Part shown: one piece after another, positions 1-11,600 of the stretch | Layout of the letters: each line of letters begins with the position of its first letter | Position numbering within the stretch: position 1 is the stretch's first letter | Origin: an uncultured Methanosarcinales archaeon | GTDB taxonomy: Archaea; Nanobdellota; Nanobdellia; Woesearchaeales; CAIVOO01 | Reading direction: 5' to 3' | NCBI GenBank assembly: GCA_964485195.1 | Contig: CAZAIK010000007.1 | Span: 1 to 64,000, forward strand | Length of the DNA: 64,000 nt | Made by a program: the position numbers and the translations under genes | The notes under the pieces: model-generated | What the model was told of the DNA's origin: nothing | The model's input: only the letters and a program-made list of their open reading frames with translations | Databases searched by the model: none

Positions 1-81
1 TAACATCGGCATGCCTGTTATCTGTCCCGACGACTGAAAGGAGGAGAGCGCAGCGGGGCAAAATCCTGAAAGGATTTTGAG

Positions 82-708
82 TTCAGGTTTCGCTCGTTAC
101 ATTTATATATACATCGTACTTTTGATTTATTATGAAGAAAAAAATTATAGAAATTGCAGAAGAAAGTTATACAGAAGAAGATTATAAATATCATATTTTG
201 CCCGTTGTAAAAAATGCTCTACTTTTGGCAAAAAAACTAAATGCGAATTTGGAAGTAGTAGAAATTGCGTCATATTTACATGACATCGGAAGAGCAACAA
301 AAAGAGAGCAATTTGTAAAAGAAAATGAGCATCATATCACAGGAGCAGAAGAAACAAAAAAGATTTTGAAAGAGCTGGGATATTATGAAGAATCTATTAA
401 AAAAGTGGAGCATTGTGTTTTAACTCATAGAGGAAGGAAGGGTCCAAATCCTGAAACATTAGAAGCTGAAATAATAGCTTGTGCTGATGCAATGGCACAT
501 TTTGATACATTCTTAGATTTATTCCATTTTTTCCTAAAAAGCACAAGCTCATTTGAAGATGCTGTTAATGAAATTGAACAAAAAATGGACAGAAATTGGA
601 ATAAAAAATTGACCCTTCCTGAAGCGAAAGAAATTGTAAGGGTAAAATATGATTCAATACTTCTTCTAATCAAAAGCATGAAAGAATACTTCTAGAGCGA
701 AACCTGAA
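82..708. repeat. 14-bp perfect inverted repeat flanking the HD gene (82-95 / 695-708)
   Basis: TTCAGGTTTCGCTC at 82-95 and its reverse complement GAGCGAAACCTGAA at 695-708. Confidence 0.85.
132..695 (+). CDS. HD domain phosphohydrolase
   Basis: H...LHDIG...H...HR...DAMAH motif set; visibly more AT-rich than neighbouring genes; TATA-like TTTATATA at ~102-109. Confidence 0.85.
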   Translation: MKKKIIEIAEESYTEEDYKYHILPVVKNALLLAKKLNANLEVVEIASYLHDIGRATKREQFVKENEHHITGAEETKKILKELGYYEESIKKVEHCVLTHRGRKGPNPETLEAEIIACADAMAHFDTFLDLFHFFLKSTSSFEDAVNEIEQKMDRNWNKKLTLPEAKEIVRVKYDSILLLIKSMKEYF

Positions 709-1072
709 TTACAGATCACACTATTTATGCGCATTCTGTTTTGGTTGGGGGTTTTAGGGGTGTTTCTTGCTTGTTTTTGGATGTTCATAATCTTCTTTTC
801 TGCTGCCATTCCGGGGTTGTGGGCTTGGGACTTGCAAATGCCTGAAACCCTGCCTTTTTAAAAGAAGAAGCCCCTGATAACAGCCAAGCGCAGTGCGTTT
901 AGCTGGCGCTTCCAAGTGTCATAATCCTTCAGGCGGCAAATGAAGAATAACCCTGTGAAAGGGAGGGACAGAGGGCAGGCATTCGCCATTCGGTTGCATT
1001 AGCGGTTTTGAGGTGTTTTTGGAGTGCCAAAACAAAGGATTTAAAAAGAAAGCCTTTTTTCCCATTTATAAG

Positions 1073-1134
1073 TAGTAAAAAACGAAACATTTATATATGA
1101 CCTATACTTTGTTATTCACTATAAGGTGACAAAA
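1073..1134 (+). promoter_or_regulatory. BRE/TATA promoter, copy 1 of a shared extended motif
   Basis: TAGTAAAAAACGAAACATTTATATATGACCT, 29/31 identical to 3510-3540; GAGGTG SD-like site before ATG 1163. Confidence 0.75.
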
Positions 1135-1162
1135 TCACCTTAAAGAGGTGAGGTGCAAAAAA

Positions 1163-1816
1163 ATGCCAGAAAACAAAGAATATTCAGAAGGAGTTAATAA
1201 GATAAAGGAAGTGTCAGATGAGATTCTTGAGTCTGGCAAGAAATACGGCCTTGACGTAATGGAAACAGGCTCTTACAAAATACTCCTGGACTCCAGCGTT
1301 GAGACTGATGAAAACGGTTATGTTACAGCAATCAAGGCAGCGGATGAAAAGGACACTTCTGAGAGGATAAACCAATACCAGAGAAGCCATATGTTCATGA
1401 AAGTGCTGGGGTGGGACGAAAAAGACCTTGAGGAGTTCGACCAGAAGTTTGCCTCAAAGAACATGGACATCAACGGAACAGAGGTTACCAGGCAGATAGA
1501 GTCTGCAAACGGCCTTGCATCAAGAGATGTGCTTGAAGCCACAGTGAAGCAGGTAAATGCCAATGGATTCACGCCTGAGGAAGCAGCAAAATCTGTCAAG
1601 GGGACTCTTGACAGCTTTGTAGAGAACCAGCAGAAAAATCTGCTTGGCAGGGTTCCATTGAGAACAATGGATGATATTCAGGCAATGCATGAATACCTGG
1701 AAACATTCGGCGTAAACGCACAGGGAGTTGCAGACCCGCAGGCATTAATGAGGCTGTACCAGCAGACCCTTGGAGCATATGCGCAGATGAGGGCGATGCA
1801 AGAAAACCAAGGCTAA
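1163..1816 (+). CDS. hypothetical protein (acidic, helical, Gln-rich C-terminus)
   Basis: Long ORF; ATG at 1163 preceded by GAGGTGAGGTG. Confidence 0.75.
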   Translation: MPENKEYSEGVNKIKEVSDEILESGKKYGLDVMETGSYKILLDSSVETDENGYVTAIKAADEKDTSERINQYQRSHMFMKVLGWDEKDLEEFDQKFASKNMDINGTEVTRQIESANGLASRDVLEATVKQVNANGFTPEEAAKSVKGTLDSFVENQQKNLLGRVPLRTMDDIQAMHEYLETFGVNAQGVADPQALMRLYQQTLGAYAQMRAMQENQG

Positions 1817-2661
1817 TTTTTTCTTTTTTTCTTGACCTTCTTCTTTTCCTTGTCCAATTCCTGCACCACGTTTATCATATAGACTCTTGCGTATACGAAC
1901 AGCAGAAGCAATAAAATCGTTCCTGTCACGATTCCCACTATGATGCTCAGGCTCAGCAGGAAATAGGTTATTAAATTGACAATCAAAGCAAGTATTAACA
2001 CGATAATATAGGAGACAAGCACTTTCAGTTTCAGGAACGAGAAAAGCACTGTTTTCTTGAGCACTTCCCTGACAGTGCCTTTCAGTGAATAGGATACAAG
2101 CGCAAAATAGCCTATCACGGCAAATGCCGCAATCATTCCAATGCTGAGTATTGACTCATTTGGGGCGTTCTGGAACGCAAGCGCGTTGCTGAAGAACAGC
2201 TGCACAGAAATGTATATTATTAGGGATACAAGCGCTATCCATATCGCGCTGACAGCAGCGAAACCCTTAAGGTATTGAAGATACTCCGCTTTCCTTCCTG
2301 AAATCCTGAAGGCGTTCCACCAGTTGAATGCCTGGAAGGCCACCCACACTACAAATATTGATATTGCCAGGAAAAACGCCAGTTTTTTTATCTGGAGAAG
2401 CTCCCTTGCTATGTCCTGGGCTATGGGAGTGGCTGAGTAAATGTCCTGGCTTTGCAGGGCAGAGGTCATTGAGGGGGTCTGCTGCATTATGGCGCTTGCG
2501 TGAGAAACTATCTTGCTGAAATAGAGCGTGTAGACAAAGCTGAAAACCGTGAGGAACACCACATCAGCCACGATAATAACAATCCCCCAGGGCCACTTTT
2601 TGACTATGTCAAGGAATGTCTTTCTCAGGTTGTCTGCAGGTTCGTATCCTATTCGCCCCAT
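1813..2661 (-). CDS. multi-pass membrane protein
   Basis: About 6 hydrophobic segments and a Lys-rich tail. Confidence 0.75.
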   Translation of the reverse strand: MGRIGYEPADNLRKTFLDIVKKWPWGIVIIVADVVFLTVFSFVYTLYFSKIVSHASAIMQQTPSMTSALQSQDIYSATPIAQDIARELLQIKKLAFFLAISIFVVWVAFQAFNWWNAFRISGRKAEYLQYLKGFAAVSAIWIALVSLIIYISVQLFFSNALAFQNAPNESILSIGMIAAFAVIGYFALVSYSLKGTVREVLKKTVLFSFLKLKVLVSYIIVLILALIVNLITYFLLSLSIIVGIVTGTILLLLLFVYARVYMINVVQELDKEKKKVKKKRKN

Positions 2662-2747
2662 ACAAAAGGCAATTCCGCCTTTATTTTTATATTTTGTGGA
2701 TTTATCCCAAAAACAATTTTTTTAAATCTATGGTGATTTCTACTATC

Positions 2748-3230
2748 ATGCTTCCGGTAATATTCAGCAACGGAATATCTGTAACCAGGGTCAGCTGGCT
2801 GGCTGAATACGCCCCGGGAATTTTGCTGGGCTTCCTGATATTCGGCATCCTGGTTGCAGTTTACCTTCTGATCAGGTTCTTCAAGAAGTCAAGGTTTGAG
2901 AGGGAAATGATGATGAGGGCAGAGATAGCAGGAGAGTATGAAGAGAGAAGAAAGGCAGAGCAGAAGGAGAAGCGAAAGAGGAGCAGGAAGAAAAAGAATG
3001 AGAGCCTGGAATACAAGCCAATAGTCGGCGTGGACAATCATCTTAAGGAAGAGGAGAAGCAGGTTGTTAACATCCTGAAGGAAAGGGAAGGCAGGGCAGA
3101 GCAGGGAACCCTGAGGGTAGTTTCCGGGCTGCCAAAGTCCAGCCTTAGCAGGATTCTCAAGGAGCTGGAAGAGCGCAAAATAGTACACAAGGAGAAGAGG
3201 GGCAAGAAGAATATGGTTTTTCTTAAGTAG
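2748..3230 (+). CDS. membrane-anchored winged helix-turn-helix protein
   Basis: N-terminal TM segment; C-terminal EEEKQVV...QGTLRVVSGLPKSSLSRILKELEERKIVHKEKRGKKN wHTH; start placed at the ATG downstream of TTTTTAAA. Confidence 0.75.
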   Translation: MLPVIFSNGISVTRVSWLAEYAPGILLGFLIFGILVAVYLLIRFFKKSRFEREMMMRAEIAGEYEERRKAEQKEKRKRSRKKKNESLEYKPIVGVDNHLKEEEKQVVNILKEREGRAEQGTLRVVSGLPKSSLSRILKELEERKIVHKEKRGKKNMVFLK

Positions 3231-3509
3231 CCGGCCAGCGGACATAATCATTTTTGGGCAATTCCGGCAATGAAGGCCACAAGATAAAAAGACAGAAAAA
3301 GTTAGGAAGTTGCCCTTTAAAGTTTGTTTTTTATAAAAACCAGCAAAATCAAAATAACAGTTCTGGAACGTTTTGGAACCAAAAGGAAGTCATTTTGGAC
3401 TTCTTTTTCTGTTTTCTCGCATCGTTCCAGAGGCAAGGTATTTCTTTGTTTTGATTTTATTCATCATAGTGGGCAAAAGACCTGGCAAAATGATTTTACT
3501 ACTAATCCA

Positions 3510-3572
3510 TAGTCAAAAACAAAACATTTATATATGACCTCCCTATAACGTAGCTACCATAAGATGGTAAAA
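3510..3572 (+). promoter_or_regulatory. BRE/TATA promoter, copy 2 of the shared extended motif
   Basis: TAGTCAAAAACAAAACATTTATATATGACCT followed by TACCATAAGATGGTA. Confidence 0.75.
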
Positions 3573-3618
3573 AGGGTGTTTTTGTGGAAAAGCCATCCAA
3601 AGCTCGCGAGGTTAAAAA

Positions 3619-5679
3619 ATGAGAGACATGCTAAGAAATGCCAAGAATAATATTAAGAAAGAAGCTTCCACTCTAAAAGAGATTCTAAATACTGACATAA
3701 AGGACACTGCTATGTGGGAAACACTTAACAGGGATGTTCTTGATATTGCTGCAGATTGGTATGCCAACAACGTCGGCACGCTAAGGCAAAGGCCGGACAT
3801 TGAAGCTATTGAGCCTTCCAATGGACTGAACCTTGTTTTCGCAGCAAACGAAGACGGCTCCCTGACAGAAAAGGCGCAGGAATATTTTGACAAGATTACA
3901 GGCGCCATAAACACAGAAAAAAATTATGGAACCCTCGCAAAGGTCGCAGCAGGCGCAGGAACTGTTGGACTGGCATTCGCACTGGCTCCCCAGGTAGGCT
4001 TTGGAGCTGACAATCCTGATGGCGCAGGCATGCCGTGGGAATGGGGAGGTCCTGTTATTGACCAATCCCAGGAACCCTTAACAGTTGTTAATGACCTGGG
4101 CATGACAAGAGGTGATGTTTACAACACAATTGAAAAAAATGAGGCGGCATTCTTTGGCTTTGCCTGGGATGCAGAAGTCAACGGCGCAAACCTTGAACTG
4201 GAACTGGACAATCCTGAAGGTTACAAGACACCCCAAAACCAGCAGATGTGGAAGACAGAGCAGATAGCAAACGCTCTTAACTCCCTTGGATATCACCTGA
4301 TACCTGAAGAGCAGGCAAGGCCACAGGTAGAGGATATTGTTGCAAGATTCGTAAGGCAGTACAGGGGAAAGGAGATAGACCCTGAACAGCTTCAACTCCC
4401 CAGAGGACCTGACGGAGCTTTCAAAGACGTGATTTACCCTGACGGAAGCATTACAGGAGTGAGGCCCGGCCACATCATCATAAAGAAAGGGGAAAGCCTC
4501 GCGCTGACACCTGAAAATGTCAGGCCAGTGGCTGACCATATAATTGTCAAGACAATAGTAAACCAGGGCGACCTTTATGTCCAGTCAGGGCAGTGCCCTG
4601 CTGATTATGAGATAGACGGAGACGGCATTTGCGTGCCCTGCGAAGGAAAAGGGAATAAAGAACCAGCCAAGCAGGACAGCAATGGCGTGTCCGTAGCACC
4701 GCCTTCTGACATCACCAAGTCTCAGGATGACATTTCAGGGGATGGCAAGCCAGATGTAAATGGCGGAAAGAACAACAAAGTCCCGAACGGAAAGTTAGAT
4801 GAAGAGGACCTGGGAGCAAGGATTAGCCTGCAGGGACTTGAAGGGCTTGATGCTTATGCAAATTTCAGGTACACAGACAACATGTGGAAGTCTGTTGTTG
4901 AAAACCCTGATGAAAACGGGGTTCCAATGGAGTCAGAGGAAACAGCACACAATCAGGATTTAAGCGCAAATGCAGCGCTTGTTTATATGTTCCACCCCAA
5001 TATAGGAGTGGGTGTTGCAGGAGAATACGAATCCTTTGGCGGAAAAGAAAAAGGAAGCTCAGCCAAGGGAAGGCTTGATCTGGTTCTGGATTCAGAATAC
5101 GGACAGCTAAGACTGGGCTGGGTTCCGGTAGGGCTTGCAGTCCAGAACATTGAAAGAAATGACGATGAAAACGACCTTAAAGTTTCAAGGGAGATGCAGG
5201 CAGGAGGCTTTGAAGGAAGATATGTCTCTCCAGACTTGTGGAACGGAGAGCAGCAGGCATTCCTCGTGCTTGGCTACAACTCCCTGAACGGAGACAGCAA
5301 AAGCAAGGTAGAATTTGACGTTGAAGGGCTGGACATTCCAGACCAGAAAACAAAAGGGGACTACAGCAACGACAGCCTTGACGCAATGGCAAGAGTTTTG
5401 TTCCTGAAAACTCCTTTCGGCCCTGTGGGAATGCAGGCATCCTATGGACAGGAGCATTCAGAAGTTGAGGATGGCCAGTGGGACCAGGCAAGATATGGAA
5501 TCGGACCTGCAATGGCAATTCCAGTGGACATACTTGGACAGGACGCATTTGTTGACGTGTCAGGAGAATGGCAGTGGGCTGAGCAGGACCCTCACGAAGA
5601 CTCTGTCAAGGAATCCTCGTCAGAAGGATTTTACTTTCAGGTTGGAATAAGGCCAGGAGACAGGGGGCCTTTATACTGA
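3619..5679 (+). CDS. putative exported protein with C-terminal beta-barrel-like domain
   Basis: 686-aa ORF; internal signal-like hydrophobic segment (~aa 107-130); Cys motif CPADYEIDGDGICVPC; ~12 alternating amphipathic strands ending GFYFQVGIRP. Confidence 0.7.
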   Translation: MRDMLRNAKNNIKKEASTLKEILNTDIKDTAMWETLNRDVLDIAADWYANNVGTLRQRPDIEAIEPSNGLNLVFAANEDGSLTEKAQEYFDKITGAINTEKNYGTLAKVAAGAGTVGLAFALAPQVGFGADNPDGAGMPWEWGGPVIDQSQEPLTVVNDLGMTRGDVYNTIEKNEAAFFGFAWDAEVNGANLELELDNPEGYKTPQNQQMWKTEQIANALNSLGYHLIPEEQARPQVEDIVARFVRQYRGKEIDPEQLQLPRGPDGAFKDVIYPDGSITGVRPGHIIIKKGESLALTPENVRPVADHIIVKTIVNQGDLYVQSGQCPADYEIDGDGICVPCEGKGNKEPAKQDSNGVSVAPPSDITKSQDDISGDGKPDVNGGKNNKVPNGKLDEEDLGARISLQGLEGLDAYANFRYTDNMWKSVVENPDENGVPMESEETAHNQDLSANAALVYMFHPNIGVGVAGEYESFGGKEKGSSAKGRLDLVLDSEYGQLRLGWVPVGLAVQNIERNDDENDLKVSREMQAGGFEGRYVSPDLWNGEQQAFLVLGYNSLNGDSKSKVEFDVEGLDIPDQKTKGDYSNDSLDAMARVLFLKTPFGPVGMQASYGQEHSEVEDGQWDQARYGIGPAMAIPVDILGQDAFVDVSGEWQWAEQDPHEDSVKESSSEGFYFQVGIRPGDRGPLY

Positions 5680-5683
5680 TCAA

Positions 5684-8600
5684 ATGAAAAAGATAAACTT
5701 GTTTTTTATATTCGCAATATTGATTTTGCTAGCTGTTCCCATGGGAATGGCTGACCCGGCTGTTGTCATACAGCCAGACCCTGCAAATGACCTGGACACC
5801 CTGCATTGCGTTGTCCAGGCGGGCGGTTCCGGCTATACCTATGAATGGAAAAGGAACGGGCAGTCCACTTCTATTTCAGGAGCATATGTCTCCCCAAGCT
5901 ATACATCTGCAGGGGACACCTGGACTTGCAAAGTCAAGAAATATTACGGCTCATCCATAGGATGGATTAACATAGGCCAGGACTCAATATATGTTTACTC
6001 AAGCGCCAACCAGGTTCCTGTGGTCAACATTACCAATCCGGATAACGGCGAATCCTTTATTGAAAACACATCAATAAATTTTGCAGGAACAGCGAATGAC
6101 CCTGAGGACGGCACAATCTGGGACCCTAATGCTTACCAGTGGTTTTCAGACATTGACGGCGGTTTCGGCACAGGCAATAACATAAGCTATGATATGCTTT
6201 CAGTGGGAACCCACGTCATCACCCTTGAAGTAACGGACAGCCAGGGAGGCACGGGTTCTGACTCAATCACGATTGTCATTGACCCCCAGAGTGTCAACCA
6301 GCCACCACTAGTTCAGATTACAGCGCCGAATGATGGCGATTCATTTTTCAACGGGACAAGCATACTGTTCACAGGCTCAGCAGTTGACCCTGAAGATGGT
6401 GTGCTGACAGGAACAGATTTGCAGTGGTATTCTGATGTTGACGGCAATTTCGGTTTAGGAACGTCAGTAAGCTATGATTCCCTCTCAATCGGAACGCACA
6501 CAATCACTCTGGTGGCGACTGACAGCAACGGAGTAAGTGCAAATGATTCAATAACAATAACAATAAACGCAACACCTGCAAACAATCCTCCTGTGGTAAA
6601 CATCACGCTGCCTGTGAACGGCACAAGTTTCAGCTGCGGGCAGCTTGTGAATTTTGAGGGCTCAGCATACGACCCTGACAACGACCCTTTAACTCTCAGA
6701 TGGTTTTCCAGCATAGACAATCTTCTGGGTTATGGAAACACCACGCAGGACATATTGACCTGCAACGCAACCCACCAGATTGACTTTGTTGCAGACGACG
6801 GCCAGGCAAATGCAACAGACACCATATATATAGTGATAGGAGCCAACCTGACAACAAACAACCCTCCTAACGCAACAATAATCTCGCCTGTGAATGGCTC
6901 ACAATACGTGGAATGCCAGGAAATACTCTTTAATGGCACAGCCCAGGACGTTGAGGGAATCAGCTCAATAGCCTGGATTTACGACAGCGCTTCCATAAGC
7001 AACAACCTCACCTTTTCAAGAAGCGGATATTACTTTGGAGAGGGAAACCACTCAATAACCTTCAGGGTAACAGACACAGACGGGAACATCAATGAAACAA
7101 CAGTTTCCTTTGAGGTAGTAAGGCACCAGGCACCCACAGTGACAATCGGCCAGCCAGCTAACGGCACCCAATGGAACGTGGGAACCCTGCTTAACTTCAG
7201 CGCCACGGCAGTCAACAACGACGCAGTATGCCCCACAAACTATACCTGGATATGGGAGGACAACTTCAACCAGATATGGAACCAGTCCAGAAGCTTCAGC
7301 ACAAGCAATCTCAGCATTGGGAACCACACCATAACAGCGTACGCCATTGATGCATACAACAGGTCAGGCTCAGACCAGATCCAGATAGAGATACTTGAAA
7401 TACCAAACGACCTGCCTGTTGCGCAGATAATCTCCCCCAACAATAATGACTCATTCATAAACGAATGCCAGGACATATTCTTCAATGCATCAGCATACGA
7501 CCCTGACGGCAATGTAACAGAGTACCAATGGGTATGGAACAGCAATGTAATCGGCAGTTCAAGCAATTTCACAATGCCTGCCTCCTATTTCGGGAACGGC
7601 AACCACACAGTAAGGCTGATTGTGAGAGACAACAGGAACGGACAGAACTCCACAACAGTGAATTTCACGGTCGTGCCCCACTTGGCGCCCAGCATCACAA
7701 TAACATCCCCTGCCAACAACTCAAACTTTTCAGAAGGCACTATGGTGAACTTTTCAGCAGTGGCAGTGGCAAACGACGCCTGCCCTGTGAATTTCTCATA
7801 CACCTGGATGGAAAATGCAGAAGTGCTGGCAAATTCAGAGAATTTCAGCACAGGCAACCTGTCAGTCGGAACGCACCAGATAGTCGCAAGAGTGGATGAT
7901 TCCTACAGCTTGTATGACACTGACTCAGTAATTGTAAACATACTGGAGATACCAAACATTCTTCCCAACATAACTGACATTACCTGCTACAATGAGACCG
8001 GCGGAACAGCCCTGAGGGAATTCGAGCCTATAACGTGCATCGCGCAGGCAAACGACCCGGACGGCAACATAACCTCCTGGGTGTGGTCGGTTCAGAACTT
8101 TTACGGACCATTCTTCCTGAACAACACATTTAACGTGCCATCACCATATCTTGAAAACGGCACATACAATGTATCCTTGACAGTCCAGGACAATGACCTG
8201 AACCAGTCCACAAGAATGGAGCAGATAACTGTGCAGAACAACGCGCCTGTTGTAACACTTGTTTCCAATGTAACTGACGGTACAGAGCCTATGGAAGTCA
8301 GCTTCACTTGCAGCGTGCAGAATGGCACGGGGAACAGGCCTTACTCATACTCATTTAATTTCGGAAACGGAGTCACAGACACCTATTCAGGAAATGAGAC
8401 AACCCTGAATTACACTATTGACTATATGCAAAACGGCACTTACACAGCCGTCTGCACTGTCACGGACAGGGACGGTGACGTTGGCAGCGCCAACCTTACC
8501 ATAAACGTAAATGACACAGTTCCTGTAGGCAATTTCAACTGGACCCCGCAGGCGCCTTATGAATGCACTAATGTGCAGTTCACCAGCAATGTTTCAGCAT

Positions 8601-11600
8601 ATGACGGCATATTGTCATACTTCTGGGACTTTATGGACGGAAGCAATTCCACGCTTGAAAATCCTGTTCACAACTTCACGCAGAACGGCACTTACAATGT
8701 CGAGCTTAACGTTACTGACAGGGACTTCAGCTCCTCTGTATTCACAAACACTGTCTTCGTCAACGACACAGTGCCGATAGTTGAGGCAGGCCCTGACAGG
8801 TATGTTGTTGAAGGGAACAACCTTACATTCATAGGAAGCGCAATCCCAAGGTGCGACGCGGTAGTGGATTATGAATGGTATTTTGAGGATGACGGCTCCA
8901 CTATGAACGGGCAAGTGGTCTCGCACAACTTCACGCAGAACGGAACATACACAGTTGTTTTCACAGCAATAGACTCAGACGGAAGCAGGGCATCTGACAA
9001 CCTTACAGTTGTTGTTAACGATACAGCACCGAATGCGCAGGGATTCGCAATACCCAACCCAGTGGTGGAGGGAAACCAGGCAGTGCTCAATGCAAGCCTT
9101 TCCGCAGGCTATGACCAGCCATTAAATTATGAATGGAACATAAACGGAACAATCGTGACAGGCGAAATAACAAATTACACCTTCGGACCATACCTTACAA
9201 ACAACCCTGTCTTGGTTGAGGTAAACCTCACAGTCACGGACGCTGACGGAAGCGCAGATAATGATTCAATAATAGTTGTGGTCCTGGACTCAGTGCCAAA
9301 CGCCAGCTTTACAGCAACCCCAAATCCTGTTGTGGAAGGACAGCAGGCAACATTTGATGCCGGCGCGAGCACGGCATTTGATGGAATATCAAATTACACC
9401 TGGGACTTTGGTGACGGAACTAATGTGACAGTCACTGCAAACCCTGTAATAAATCACAATTTCAGCCAGAACGGCACCTACCTTGTAAGGCTAACTGTCA
9501 CAGACCTTGACGGCAGCACAGATGAAGAGACCCTTGCAATGGTTGTGACAGACACAGTTCCTGTGGCAGGTTTCACATGGGACCCTAACCTTCCCCTTGA
9601 AGGTGAGCAGGTAAACTTCACTGACCAGTCAACTGCATATGATACGCCTTTGAGCTACATCTGGGACTTCGGGGACAACACCTCAGTAAGCAACCAGCAG
9701 AACGCAACCCACACTTACTTATACAACGGCACGTACAATGTTGCCCTGACAGTAATAGACAGCGACGGAAGCGTTAACAGCACAACAAGGCAGATTACAA
9801 TAGGCAACAGCGTGCCTTCAGTGTCATTCACAGCAAATCCTTCCTCAGGGGACGAATTGCTGAACGTGTCGTTCAACTGCTCAGCAGTGTCAGGAAACCT
9901 TCCTTACACTTTCAATCTTGTCTTCAATGGAGGGCTGAACCCAAACATCACCACTAAAACAGACACAGGTGTTTTGGCAACAAACTCCTACTTAAACGGA
10001 ACATACACAGCAACGTGCACAGTGACAGACTTTGACGGTGATTCCGCATCAAGCAGCGTCACCATCCTCGTGAATGACCTGGGCCCGACTGCCATCCTTA
10101 CAGGAAACCTCACCCTTTATGAAGGAGAGACAGGAACTTATGATGCGTCAAACTCAACATCATCCCCTGACTCAATTGTTCAGTACGAATGGGACTGGAA
10201 TTACCCTTCATCCTTTGCAATAGGAAATGCTGTGGAAAGCCACACATTTGAAGACAGCGGCTCATATGATGTTGCGGTGAGGGTGACAGACAGCGACGGG
10301 ACGCAGGATACAGCTGTAATAACCGTGAATGCGATAAACCTGCCTCCGACAGTGAACTTCCTGCAGCCACTGTATGAGACAAATGAATCAACAGAAATAA
10401 CCATGCAGGCAAATGCAACAGACCCAAGCATAGTGGACCAGGCAAGCCTGATTTACGAATGGGACTTTGATTACAGGGGAGGAACCTTCACAGTTGACAA
10501 CACTACCGCAACACCTTACATAACAATGAACTGGACTGACGACAGGAATGTCACAATTGCTGTGAGAGCAGTGGACAAGGACGGGGGAGTGAGCGACCCT
10601 GACTATGCAGAGCTGCTTGTTCATAATGTCCCGCCAACACCTCTGCTGGCAGGACCTTACATATGCAGCAACCAGACAGTCAGCAACGCTTCCAACGTGA
10701 CATTGTTCGTAATGCTTGAAGACCCGGGCAACGACACATTCGTGCATCTTTGGAATATTACAGACGATACCGCTGTTCAGATTAACACAGCAGACAGGAA
10801 CTCGTCAGTTACCTTTGTGTGCACAGGAAGGCCCACAGGAATTTACAACGTGACATTCGAGGCGTGGGACGACGACTGGGGCTATTCAGGAGTTTACACA
10901 ACATACATCAATGTCACAGACTCACTGGCCAACATGCCTCCTACAATAGTCGCACCTTCAGAGAACCAGACAATAAACGCGCAGGTTAACACAACCTCAA
11001 ATTTCACAGTCCTGGCATGGGACCCTAACGGAGACAACCTAACCTTCAATTTCAATGATTCAACCATAATAAAAGGGAGCCAGAACCAGAGCATGGGATT
11101 TGTAACGCTTCCAATATCATACAATTATACTCAGATAGGGGTTTATGAAATAAATCTCACAGTGTGCGATGATTCAGGATATGCAAACAACTGCACCAGC
11201 AGGCTTTTCAGCATTAATGTAACTGAACAGGCAGTTGTTAATCAGGAGCCGGTAGCCGATGCTAACGGACCTTACTCAGGAGATGAGGGAAGCCCTGTTG
11301 CATTTGACGGCTCAGGAAGCTACGATCCTGATGGAAGCATAGTGGCGTACTCGTGGGATTTCGGAGACGGCAACACAGCAGCTGTCCAGAACCCGAATCA
11401 CACTTACGGCGAAAACGGCAGTTACACAGTGACGCTCACAGTTGTTGATGACAGCGGAGCCACAAACACAACCACAACATCTGCATTAGTGGACAATGTT
11501 GCCCCCACTGCCGATGCAGGAGGCCCATACACCTGCGCAGTAGGCGAGAACTTAACACTTTACGGCAGCGGAAGCGACCCTGCAGGGATAAACGACCCTC

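Noticed and set aside
1..100. Integron attC site (TAAC...GTTAC)
   Set aside because: The arms inside the ends are not complementary as attC requires, no second attC follows the gene, and no integrase is seen; the left context is cut by the window edge.
834..986. Inverted repeat AATGCCTG/CAGGCATT and short minus-strand ORFs in the 720-1070 intergenic region
   Set aside because: Only 8 bp of perfect pairing and no supporting signals; could be chance.
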